A DNA stretch of 64,000 bases, from the NCBI GenBank assembly GCA_027923505.1, contig BROI01000019.1:248001-312000 (forward strand). Reading direction: 5' to 3'. The notes under the pieces are model-generated. The model ran no database searches and was not told the origin of the DNA. It was given only the letters and a program-made list of their open reading frames with translations. Below are positions 42,701 through 55,010 of this stretch, piece by piece. Numbering within the stretch: the stretch's first letter is position 1; every line of letters starts with the position of its first letter. The position numbers were made by a program, and so were the translations under genes. This DNA comes from Mayamaea pseudoterrestris. Lineage: Eukaryota.

Positions 42701-45700
42701 TGTTGATGCGATTGACGGAGCTATCTACGGGAGCCTCGGAAAGACAACTTTCTGTATTCTTGACACTGCCATCAAACCGCTTGTCCCTCAGACGACAGAG
42801 TCATGGTCAATCATTTTGTCCCTGAAACGTCTCGCTAACTCATATTCTCTAGACTATTGGCTTCTTGGTGAGAAGTCGTTGCGATTGGACGACCTTTTGG
42901 CACAACGACATCCATACCTTTTTGTTTCGTCCGGCTTGAAACGTGACTTAATGACGGCTTTGAGCACTATATATCTTGCCGGTACCAGTCATATATCGAC
43001 ATCAAGTAATTTTTCATTTGGCAGAATTGGCACAAAAGCCATGGTCGACCTGGTTCAGCAATGGGATGACGCGGCGTCATCATTTGGCTGCATGCTCAAT
43101 AGCATCCTTGTTGATCCGAATATCGAGACACCGGAAAATGCAATAGCTATTGCTGACTTCCCGAAACATGGGCAGTGCAACAATTTACACCTTGTTCACG
43201 TTGAGTCACATTTGCTTCAACGGTTTGCAGATCTCCAGTTAACGCCCTTGGCCGAGTTTTACAGTGAACTTGTCGAGCGAAATTACGTTCGGGAAATAAG
43301 TCGCCTGCTTTTGGCTGACGACAACATTGACTGGACGCAGCTGAAGAATCTAATTGGGTTCGCGACTGGGCATACTCGATGGAACGTTGAATTGCACCAA
43401 ATGCTTGTTTGGGCATCTGAAATTGGTGACAAACAGTTGATGTCGCGTCTTTTGTTGTCCTTGTCGTGTGCCTCTGTGCGGCGTAGTTGGTCAGGTGCTT
43501 CATGGCTTTTCGATCGCATAACATGGGACCTTCGGTTACCCAGCCCTGTAGCGACTAGATGTGAAGAGTCTGCGTCAGCATCGCAGAGACCCTTGACGTC
43601 TTCCATCGACCGGGCATCGATCCCTATCGCCACAGTGTACAGGCTACTTCGTAACGAGTTCCGCTGTTTGACGTTGTCGAATAAGGGTGGAAACTTTGGT
43701 ACAATTGAAAACTACGAAACGAGAGGGAAACAGGCAAACACCTTGATGCAGATGTTGTGCTCGTTAGATATCGTCGAATCCCGTGATGGCCCATGGGAGA
43801 TAAATATGCAGGTAGTTGATACTTTTTCTGCAATACGCGATAACGTGCCTCAGGAAGAGCTGGACATGTTAATCCAGGCACTATCTTGTCCAGAAGGCCT
43901 GTTAGCAATTCAGGTAGACTGCATTCCAGGCATGATGCAAATTTTTGGGAGTGTTATGCCTGCACAACAACTCAACAGTGTATTGATTCCATTGCTGAAA
44001 TGTTTGAAAGGACTTTGGGCCACCGCAAATGCTTCGAACAATACCTCGCTCGATTACGGGAAAGCTAGAGTCTACCTCGGCGTTTTTCGATTCCACTTGC
44101 TTATCCCGGATTCCCCATTGGATCCTTGTCGAAAGCCCCAGGCTGCGGTTTCGACAATTGACCGACAACTCCAACAACTGCGAACTAACCTTTCAGCTAT
44201 CCGTCTGGATGGGATTTTCACAAAATGCAATCATTCACCCGATTATGGAATTTCGCGACAGTTACTGGATGAAGGTGATAGACTGATGTCTCAACGAAAT
44301 GTGGAAGAACAGAAGATGTTCCAGCGTCCTGCCATTGCGCCACCTTTCCAAAAGTTATTTCAAGAAATCAGAGACTTTGCTGAGCAAGTCCTGTGCGCCG
44401 AAAAAGTCCTTCTGTTGCTGGACGACAGTGTGAAGTTGCTAGAACCACCCTCTGACAGACTCCAACATTTTGAGATAACTGCTGTTGCTTTCTGCCGTCG
44501 TTTGATTGACCAATATTCTATTTACGAGGACGTGGTTATCCCATTGCTTGATGCTATTGGAAGCGTATTGATAGGCTTCAAGGTCGTAGCTGACGTGCAT
44601 GCGCGTAGAAGCGCGTCGTTAGGAAGCCTTTTGGCGTCCTTGTCAAGTTTTCCAATGATCGACAGTAAGGAAGATTACCACGATGTCAACACGACTTATC
44701 GACACTCAGTTGGAGTTGCAAGGCTCGCTCGATGCGGAATTCTGAGCAAAGCTGGAGATATTCAAGCGCTGACGAGCTGGTATGGAATCGTTGATGGCAT
44801 TGTAGAGTCATGTCATACATTCGAAATAGGGTGTAGCAAAAGCGACAGTAATCCTGTTGCGACGGAAGATGACTACAAAGAACATTTTCCTGATTTTCGC
44901 GAGGATTATCAGCCAGTGCAAGCTATCGATGACGACGACCAGCACGCGGAGATAGTATATGAGAGGACGACTCCTCCACCAGCTTTGCTTCGAGACGAAC
45001 ATATCTGTATCATGAGCAACATTCACGAAAGCGTATTTATGTGCGATTATATAAGTGATGCAATGCGTATTGAGGCATTTCGTCTCTCATTTGAGGCGTC
45101 ATGCGAAATATTTGAGACGCCCGGGACAAATATATCGTCGGAGAGTTTTGTCCCAGCATCTGGCTATGCCATGGCGCTCTCCCTATTCAATCTGCAAGAA
45201 AAATACGCAGTTGACGCACTTCAGCAGCAGTCGAGCTCGCCGGACTTTTATCGCGCTGCCAATCCCATCGAATCTTCCCGTGCCGCTCCCGTACTAACTA
45301 TGCTTATGGGGCGATTAACAGCACTCCATACTGCATTTCCTGACAACGAGGTTCTCCTTGCCGTCATAAGCGTCACCGAACAGATAAGAAAGTTTGATTT
45401 GTACTCTGTTCCTCTCGCCAAGGTGATGGTGGGTCTTGAGTTGATTTTAAAACATGCTCAAGACTGGGAACAGCATGCCAGCCGAAGAGTAAAAATCGGG
45501 GAGCCTCTTACGTCGCTGCGACACCTTGTCTCATCGTGGCGCAAGCTTCAGCTGCAATGTTGGTCGCTGCTGCTCGATTCAAGACAAGAGGCTTTCAACC
45601 GTCGCGCTCGGCTCCATTGGGCTAGCATACACATGATGCTACGCCCGTCGGCCCTGCCGCCTGCCCCGGCAACGTCGCTCACATTCTTAACGCCTCTCTG

Positions 45701-48700
45701 GGTCCTCCGATATCACGGGCGCGCTGCGAAACAGTCCCGACCAGAGGTTGCAGCTATAATTAAGACACTTGATACTTTTATACTCACCTCATCATTGGGA
45801 GAGTTTTTCCAACGTCTGCGCATAATCGAATGCTTTGCACGGCAGCTGCAGACAGAAGAGCGCCATCAGCTGCTTGACGACATTCGAGTCGCTCTGGCCA
45901 GATCTGTCCGGTCACTCTTTGTGTATTACAACCAATTTGTACCCTGTATCAAAAATAAGCTTGATAAGCTTCACCAACCTATCGAAGTCAAACTCGCGGA
46001 TGAAGTAAAGCTGGCCAAATGGGACGAGCAAAGTTATTATGCAGCGGTAGATGCAGCAGAGCGAAATTACAAGAGCTTGATGCGTTTGATAAAAGAGTAT
46101 GATGAGGTTCTTCATTTACCTGTCACCCAAATGCTTGAACAAGAACTTTGTCGCGGAGTTGGCGACGACCAAGAAGATGCATCTGCCGTTACAAAAATCC
46201 CAGCTAGATCAATTCTTTTCTCGGCGTTGCAGGTGGAGGGCGCTCTTAAAAACAACCGCAAGTTGTTTGTTCCAGAAATTACTAAACTCAGCGAAACCAT
46301 TCCTGAAGCCTGTGATGGCGGAATGCAACTCGTAGCGGATGAAAAATGCTTTGCGGCGCAGATTAAACAATATATCAAGAGAATGTACACCTTCCGGCGT
46401 GAAGCAATATCAAATAGCATGTATTCATCAACACATGAAGCGTCTGACTTAAATGCCACTATTTTTGAAAGAATCGACTCTCTTCGATCGGATAAAGTTA
46501 CTCGTCCGATGAAGGAACGAGCTCTTATTGACTTGCTGAAAGAATTGAAGCATCAAGGGTACGCTGAGTCGAAATATAGTACACCTATTCAAGTCAGCAG
46601 TCTAAGCGAGCTATTTCAGCTTCCAACTATGACATTTTACAATGACTTGGACGGAATGGCGGACCTCTCTGTTCTTCAATCGGCGGAAATGTACTATCAA
46701 CGAGTTCTCGCGGAGATGGATCGTTTTCGCGGTGAAGTTTGCTTAATCGGAAGTAGACATCTTACTCAGCGTCAAACTAATTTGATGCTCGCGCTCTCTG
46801 ATAGCGGCCTTTATATGCTTGTTCGTCTGAGGTGTACTTTGTCCATAAACATGACAGCGTGCGGACAAATGAGAAAACTGACTGAAAATTTGGCTTGTTG
46901 CAAAACGATTATTCCTGTGGGGCAAAAGGTTCTTACAAGTAAAGTGGGGCGTTTTAATAGACAGTCGAATGAATTGCTTGAAAACCTACGGCAACATAAG
47001 CTGCTTCTCGCACGTACAAAGTATCTGTTCGCGGAAGATGATAAAGCAGCGCTGGCTGACGAGCTAGCCCGGCAGCTTGACGCTGCCATCTTGAAACAGA
47101 AGGATCATCTTTGTGCAGCGAGTATTATAACAACTGAGGACCACTTACATCAGCTTACGCAAGAGCTTGACTCGCTGATTGCCTTCCGCGATTTTCTCCA
47201 GAAACATCTTGAGAAATGCAAAGGACTATTGCCGATTGATGCGATACGCGACACTCTCGCGCTTGTATACAAATCTATCAATGCAGCGGAATCCTGCACG
47301 AGTGTGACAGCAAATGAATCGCCACCGTCAAGCCAGTCTGATCCTCACGATTTAGTCAACTGCGTGTCGCTGGCGGTTGAAGCTGCCCTTCTGTCGGTTC
47401 AGCCCTTGGTTGCCAGACGCGATGCCAACGACAGCAGCACTTCATCGATTTGGCATCACCACCAGTCGTTTGTAGAAACATCTGCAAAGTCGAATATCAT
47501 GAGTATGATCGGCAAGGTCAACACTGTTATTTGCACACTTCAAGGCGTAATTGACAATCAAGAACAAAATGTATCCATAATACCAGTCTGTGTGAAGCTG
47601 TGTGCCGATCTGAGTGTCTTGCTTGGACTTACAGTTGACCTGTTTGACGAGTTTTTGCGTGAAACGATTTCCTTTTATAGAGTAACGGCCAAGCTTCAGT
47701 ACATTATTCTGAGAGTGTTCCGAGTCCTTGTCGCTAAAGGTTTCTGCTCAGATGACGTCGACGAAAAAGAGCCGGAAGGTGAAGGTACTGACGGGTTAAA
47801 CTTTGAAGAAAAAGATGGCACTGGTATGGGTGACGGTGATGGCAAGAAAGACGTGACTGACCAGATAGAGGACGAAGAACAGCTACTGGGACTGAAGGGC
47901 GATGAAGAAGAAGGTCAACAACAGGACGAATCTCGTGAATTAGACAAGGAGGAAGCGGAAAAGGGTATGGAGATGACGAACGAATTCGATGGCGAAATAT
48001 TCGACGTTCCCGAGACGGAGAACGGAGACGATCCTAATAACGACGACGAGGAAGGCGAAGAACTTGACCGAGAAATGGGTGATGGCGAAGGGCAGAATGA
48101 CCGAGTCGTCGATGAAAGAATGTGGAACGAAAGTGACGACGAAGAAGAGGGAACTGAGGAACAGAAGTTTGAAAAGGGCAGTACTGTCCAAGGCGGCGAA
48201 AAGAGCGATGAAATGGCAACCAAAGACGACGAAGAAAAGGATGCGGCCACCGACAACAAATCTGGCGAAGCTCCTGACAGTGAGCGCGCGGACATCGAGG
48301 ACAATGGAAAGAGTGGTGACGATGCGATCAATGAGGACCTAGATGAGCAGTATGAAGAAAGCCATGGTGTGCCTGTTAGGCAAGAAGAAGATGATAAGGA
48401 CGAAGGCCTAGAGATAGCCGATGACATGGAGCTTGACGAGGCGGACGACCAAAAATCGGAAACTGGCGACAACATCGACGACGCCGACAATTCTGAAAAT
48501 GATAACGAATCCATCCACGGAGAGCCGGATGTCAATATGCTGCCTGATCTCACCGCAGATGAGGAAAAAAATGACGATGAAAAGCCTCAAGATGAGACCG
48601 AATCATCATGCAACGCAGCAACTGCTGCAGCTCAGGAGGAGCATGGCTTACCCGAGGAAGATAAAGCCGATGAAGCAGACCCTGAACGTGAACCGGAGCT

Positions 48701-50417
48701 TCGTGTCGAAAATGACAAGAGCGAGCCTCAGCATGGATTGGGAGTCCAATCGCAAGAAGGAAAAGATGTTATTGATCACTGCCTGGACGACGACAAGGAC
48801 GGCCAAGGAGAGAACGATGGCGAGCAGACGAATGATAATGAAGGAGCTGGTGACTCTGAGACCAATCCTTCTGGAAAGAGCGACGGTGGCGGTTCCGGCA
48901 GCCAAGGTCAGAATGTTTCAAATGGTGTCGATGCTGAGGCAAAGCGTTCGAAAGTAGAGAACGAGGTTCCCAATCCATTAAAACATCCTGGCGATGCGAG
49001 TAAATATTGGCACCGCAAACTCAACCTTGTTGAACCACAGAACCCAGAAAGCGAAAAACAAGAGACTGACGACTTGGAAGTCGGCGAAAAGCAGGCGGAA
49101 CACAATGGCGACTTTGAATTCGGCAATGACAACGACAGTTTGCAAGCGCTAGCAGAGGTAAATGATGATGACGTTGCTTCTGGAGAACGCAATGAGCAAC
49201 ATAATTTTTCCAGCCCCCCAGAATTGACAGATCACAAAGCTGAGGAAGCCAAACAAGATCAATCGCAAAATCGCCAATCATCCCGACCAAGTACACGTCC
49301 TTCTAATGCGAGGCAGGAACATACGGAAGCAATGGATGAAGACGAGGAATTAGAGTCGACGATCGAACATGCTGATGAACTCACGGACAACGAAGACGAG
49401 GCAAACGAGATGGAGGATTCACCATATGATCCCATCGATGCAGTCGGCAATGTGGTTGTGTCAGACACATCTCAACTACAACAAGAAGAGTTAGATGCAA
49501 CAGTTCAGAAACTCAACATTAAAGGCGAGGAATCACAGCTCGCCGGCCTCACTGCCGCGGAAGAGTCGGTTGCAAGACGTCACTGGAACGAGCTACAATT
49601 GGAAACGTATGCACTTAGCCGCCGGCTTTGCGAAAAGTTGCGGTTAGTCATGGAGCCACTGGTAGCGTCCAAACTCCGAGGCGACTATCGAACCGGCAAG
49701 CGCATCAACATGAAACGTGTCATTGGCTACATTGCGAGTGGATATCGCAAGGACAAGATTTGGCTACGCCGCACCAAGCCAGCCAAGCGCAACTACCGAG
49801 TCTTGATTGCAGTGGACGATTCGGAAAGCATGCGCAAAACTGGCGCCGGAGAAATGGCGTTGAAGGCATTAGCGACGTTGACTACCGGCATGAGTCAGTT
49901 GGAGATTGGCGAAATCGGAGTGGCATCTTTCGGAAACGAAATGAATCTGATTCATTCGTTTGATCAACCGTTTACTTCGGAGAGTGGGCCAAACATTGTC
50001 GGCAACTTTCGGTTTGAGCAGCAACGAACTCGAACCGCGCTGTGCGTGGAGAGTGCCATGATGGCGCTAGAGTCGCACGGAAGCCAGGTGGCTCCAATGC
50101 AGCTCGTTTTTATGATTAGCGACGGTCGTATTGAACGTGATAGTCGGACGGCGCTCCGGCGTTTGAACCGCGAGCTGACAGAGCGCAACATTTTAATGGT
50201 CATGATGATTGTGGAAGGCGAAAACAAGAAGGATAGCATATTGAATATGAAGGAAGTGACCTTTGACAAGGGCAAGCCTATTGTCAAGTCATTCATGGAC
50301 GACTACCCGTTTCCTTATTACATCGTTTTGGAAGACATGCAGAGTCTTCCCGAGGTGCTTGGCGATGCCTTGCGACAATGGTTTGAAATGTTGGCCGGAC
50401 TACAGGGAAACAACTAA
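33706..50417 (+). CDS. MDN1: Midasin (Rea1/MDN1) AAA+ ATPase; 4 exons, 33706-36173, 36243-37526, 37601-38478 and 38569-50417
   Basis: Six AAA modules (GPRGSGKS, GETGCGKT, GPTSAGKT, GDTGCGKT, GSPGVGKT, degenerate sixth), long linker, D/E-rich region and MIDAS domain (GDYRTGKRINMK, DDSESM). Three GT-AG introns of 69, 74 and 90 nt restore the frame. Confidence 0.97.
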
Positions 50418-50526
50418 TTAAATACAATGAACATAACATACATAACATACTTTTACAAACAGTATATACACCATGTATACATTCACGCCATGTGCAGTCG
50501 TACACCACAGCACGACTCGACTCGAT

Positions 50527-51189
50527 TCACATGATTTCAGTGTCCAAAAACGTGAGCAGTCGCCGGGCCTTTTCCTGCGCCTTGGTTTCCCACTCCCACT
50601 GCAGCTGGTACTTCATGCCGGCAATCGTTTCCGGATCACGAACGTCGTCGGCCGTCACTTGCCTCTTGGGTCGACTGGACGTGGCCAAGAGTTCCGGTGG
50701 CGTCGGAACAAAGAGCTTGGGTGTAGGCTTGATTGCCGTTTGTTCCTTTTGCTGTTCCAATTTTGCTTGAATGATAGCCTTATGAACTAGCTTTTGCTCA
50801 TACTGGAGTTGGGCGGCTTGGCGGGTTGTGAGTGAAGCGTGATGCTGCTGCTGTGTTGAATCGGCCTTCTTGGCCTCGCCTTGGTGTTCCAGCTGCAGCG
50901 CATGGGCAGCTGCCGTGGCTTGCTGTAGCAGCATCAAGGCGCGAGCAGTCGTTGGATCGTTTTCAACAATATTTTGTTCGTAGTCACTGTTGCTCATGTT
51001 GATGGCGCGCGCTGCCGCCAGTCGACTCTTGCCGTTTAATTCAATGTTGGGCAAGTCCATGGCTGATCGAGGCGACTCACTTGGCGACGGCGACGTCTCA
51101 CTTGCCTCGGGAGAGTGAGGAGCAGCCCAATTCGGATGAGAGTCAAAGGGATTCATAGTGACTGGCGAGCTTGGGCAGGTGCTTGTCAT
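50527..51189 (-). CDS. Hypothetical Ser/Pro- and Gln-rich protein (start uncertain)
   Basis: Long ORF with SP-rich N-terminus and helical C-terminus, convergent with MDN1. Candidate ATGs at 51189 and 51156. Confidence 0.5.
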   Translation of the reverse strand: MTSTCPSSPVTMNPFDSHPNWAAPHSPEASETSPSPSESPRSAMDLPNIELNGKSRLAAARAINMSNSDYEQNIVENDPTTARALMLLQQATAAAHALQLEHQGEAKKADSTQQQHHASLTTRQAAQLQYEQKLVHKAIIQAKLEQQKEQTAIKPTPKLFVPTPPELLATSSRPKRQVTADDVRDPETIAGMKYQLQWEWETKAQEKARRLLTFLDTEIM

Positions 51190-51615
51190 GCTGGGAGGTG
51201 AAGCTCGATCAGGGTTTGGTTGTTGATGAATTTGGAGGTGAATTGGTTGTCCGTACGCAACAGTCATGAGATAAATCAACTTCCAATTTCTATGCGATGG
51301 ATTAAGGAAGGATGCACGACGATTCTGCAGATTCCAGTCTTGAAGAAAATGAGCGATTGAAACAATCAAGGTCGCCAAAGGCGTCGTCGTTTACAAGAGC
51401 GCCATTCGAAATTTCAGCCAAGATTTTAGAACCGGAACGACAGTGTGACGGATTAATGATCCGCGCGAGCGTTGGCTGCATCCGCCTTTCGCAGTCAACC
51501 ATTGAATCCATCCACAAATTATGGGAGTGAAACGTTGGCTCTTACATAGTCGTGTTCGTCTCTCTCCGTGGGCCATTGTCAATTTGCATAACAGTCAAAC
51601 GATTAGTCAGAAGGA

Positions 51616-52053
51616 ATGGATTGGCAATCGAGTGCTGCTAGCGACACCGACGAACGATTTGATCATGACGAAGGTCGGCATTCGCCCTCGTCATCTTGCT
51701 CGTCATCTTCCAACAACAGCAGCAGCAGTCCAAACTGGGGATCGATATTGGAAGGAAGGGATGATTGGAATGATGCAGAGTGCTACTCTACAGAGGCGCT
51801 CCATTCATCCTTTGCATCACTGCAGCGACAGGGATCCCAACGGACTCTTGTTTCGCTCGATCCGTTTAGCTCTCTTGACATTTGCCCTTCTGCACCAAGG
51901 AAACGATCCTTTGCGTCAAAGACTACTACGTTTGATGTTAATGGAATGAATCAGTGCAGGGCTGCTACGGCTACACAACAATCCTGCGAATTGGAAATGT
52001 TCAACGAGTCGCCCCAGCCTTGTCAAGATCGATGGAAGCGACGACGCCTGTAA
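51616..52053 (+). CDS. Small disordered Ser-rich protein with CPSAPRK motif and C-terminal NLS
   Basis: ATG-initiated 145-aa ORF containing LDICPSAPRKR and ending WKRRRL. Confidence 0.5.
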   Translation: MDWQSSAASDTDERFDHDEGRHSPSSSCSSSSNNSSSSPNWGSILEGRDDWNDAECYSTEALHSSFASLQRQGSQRTLVSLDPFSSLDICPSAPRKRSFASKTTTFDVNGMNQCRAATATQQSCELEMFNESPQPCQDRWKRRRL

Positions 52054-52111
52054 CAAATTTTGCTACTCTTAACAAGTAATGGCTAATTTTTCAACACTAG
52101 ACTTTAATTAT

Positions 52112-53829
52112 TCATCGTAGCCGAGGCTTGGCGTAGAGTGCTAGTGAAAGCAAAAAGCACGAGGCTGACACTGCTGTCGCCACTGCCAATGGAGCAATCA
52201 ATGACTCCAAATATGTCGCCTCGGCTACCGGTAATTTCGTTTCATTTGCAGCAGGAGTAGTCGCGCCATGGTCCAATGAACTCGATAATATTGTCTTTTT
52301 GCCTTCTGCAGCAGCCGCAGCAACGTTACTCTTATTCGCACCCACGACATCTTCAATATCCACAACGTTACTACTACAGTCACTCTTTTGCTGCCGCTTC
52401 TCAAACACATCCTGCACTAGCTGTCCACAGGCACTATCAATATCTGCTCCCATGGTTCGTCGAATGGTGCAAAACACCTTGTAGCTGGCGACAATGCGAC
52501 GAAAGTCCTGCATGTGCTCCTCCGACGGACAGTGCAGCACGTCCGCCACATTGGTGGCATTGTACGGAATCAAATTGACAATCAAACTCTTGTGTTGACA
52601 AAGCTGACCCAATTCATGCGCGCACTCCAACGTACTGGTGGGACCTTGCAGCATGACGTATTCAATCATGGCGCGTCGCTTGTAGGGCGTTCGCGGCAAG
52701 GAACCTTTTACAATGCTTCCATCGCTCCGTCGCTTGTGTTTGAACGAGTTCATGTGATTGTCGAGCGCTTCCACGAGTTGTTCGATTGGATAGCGCGACG
52801 CCGTTGGCACAATGGCTTGGCGGGCCGCTTGGTTGGGAGCGTGCAAACTCAGCGCCAAACTGACCTGGGGAAGATCCGCCGTGAGCTTGCGAATCTGACT
52901 GACAATGCCGACGGTTGATACAGTGACGCAGTGGTGCGCCAAGTTCCAGCGCCGGGGGTCAATGAGGGCCCGACATGCGGAAGTCACGTGCGTGTAATTG
53001 TCGAGTGGTTCGCCTAGCAAAAAGACAAAGGATGTCAATTGGTCAGCATGATAGCATCATTGTCAACAACATGATCGCCAGCACATTACCTACCCATTCC
53101 CATGAATACCACATTACGAACAAAGTCATGCGTCGCCGTCCGCAACTGATTTTCATTTTCACGTTCATTCTGAAATCGCTCCGCCGCCAAAATCTTGTCA
53201 GCATGAACAATCTGCTCCAATATTTCTCCCGCCGTTAGATTGCCAAACAGTCCCATGGTGCCCGTGGCGCAAAAGGTGCATCCCATGGCGCAGCCCACCT
53301 GCGAGCTCACGCAGAGACTGGCGCGTCCACCGCTCCGGTTCGGTTTGTGGTGGTTGGCGTAGCGCATCAAGACACTCTCGACGACGTTGCCGTCGTGTAG
53401 CTCAATCGCGAGTTTCGTGGTGCTCTTGTCGTTTGATGTTTGTTGCTTTAGTATTTTACTCGTCATTGTTGTCAGACTGGTGGTTGTCTTGAGAAAATCT
53501 AAAAAGACTTTTGGCAAGTGCGTCTTGTTGCGGTTCCTCTTGAGAGTAATGCTGTTGCGCAAGGGAATTTGCTGCACTGGCGGCAACACGTCGACATTTC
53601 CAATATTTTCGGCATAGAATTCATACGTCTTGCAAAAGTCTGGCAGCGAAGGATAGCCTTGTCGATGGAGTGCGTGGTAAAAGGCGGAAATGTGAGCCGG
53701 ACTGACGGTAATGTTCGCGTCGTCCAGCGCTCTGCGCAAGGCAGCGGGATCAAGCACCGAATCAGGCGATGGAGGCTTGCGGCGGCCGCGGGGCTTGTTG
53801 GCGGTCGCTGCTGCAAAAGGCGCTGTCAT
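52112..53829 (-). CDS. rlmN: RlmN/Cfr-family radical SAM RNA methyltransferase; 2 exons, 53829-53094 and 53013-52112
   Basis: [18 protein letters not shown] (CxxxCxxC); FMGMGEP rebuilt across an 80-nt intron (53093-53014); VSTVG, SLHAP, IEYVM, NLIPYN and DIDSACGQL motifs. Confidence 0.93.
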
Positions 53830-54084
53830 GGTGATGAATTGCAGTCGACTGATGAAAAGATGGAACGAATGATGCTGTACGTTTTGTGGTGGTCGTTTCG
53901 CTTGACATACGCGTTTCGGTGTCTGTGCTTCCCTTGTTCACAATGACGCAGCTGTTTCAAAAGCACTGCATTCAATCGTGTGAAACTCTCGCTTGTCACA
54001 AATCGAGGACTACTGAAGTCATACCGGTACTGAAATAGATGAGGTCGACGACCGACGGCGACGAAACAACCGAAGCTTTCGACC

Positions 54085-54696
54085 ATGGCAATCCTCCACA
54101 ATGCTACAATTCTTGCTATTGTGCTTACAGCAAGCATCATTTCCAGCTCAGCTTTACAATTCAGTGTAAACCGACGAGACTGGCTGCTCGGGAGCGCCGC
54201 GACTTGTTCATCGGCACTCATTGCTAATAGTGTATTGCCAGCGAGCGCCAGTCAATACTGCGCCTCGGGCATTGGCGATGGCTGCAACGACCTTGCGGAA
54301 GGAAACGATTTCATCAAGACATTGCAGGAAAAAAGTGCAGCGAACAAGGACAAGTACACCAAGGTATGTGCATGAATGAACAGGTGTCGAAGATGTAACT
54401 GGCCGGCATGGCTTTGGACAGCATCTAATCTACCGGTAGATCATTCATTCTAAACACTCATAACTTTCTTTCATCAGGAAGCCCTCAATGCATACTACAT
54501 GAAAAACTACCCCGACTTTTTTGCGTCTAGTGGAAAGAAGCTTGTCCGGAAACCAGACGGAAGTTTCATTCTGCTGGATGAAGCGGAGATTGATCGATTG
54601 AGCCGCGCAAACAAGCTGTCTACCGAAATGCCTCGAGCGTTGAAGGGTCGCGTCACTGACTTGACGCAAAAGCCAATACTAGTGCTGAAGGAATGA
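54085..54696 (+). CDS. Thylakoid-lumen (Tat) protein, PsaN-like; 2 exons, 54085-54363 and 54478-54696
   Basis: Signal peptide, then RRDWL twin-arginine, hydrophobic helix and ASA cleavage site. A 114-nt intron (54364-54477) gives LQEKSAANKDKYTKEALNAYYMKNYPDFF. Confidence 0.75.
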
Positions 54697-55010
54697 TTTG
54701 GATGCATTTGTGTTGGGAAACAGTGGGCCAACTGCTGAAGTTGAAACACACTAGCGACTTTCGCACGCTGTTGCCCCGAACCTATGATTCGAATCTTTTC
54801 GCCCGGCAAGTTTAAAACGCAATGCTGTAGATAGACTTTTGATTTGCTTTGCATCAAGATGGCTTGCTTGCGTCGTAGATAATGTCATACCGTTACACCT
54901 TTTCATTTGCGCTGAAGATTGCTGATTCGCGAAAGTTGACAATGGCCGCACGCAAAACCTCGCCGATTCAATGAATCTCTCGTCCATTCTACCAGTCAAG
55001 CGAACCAAAC

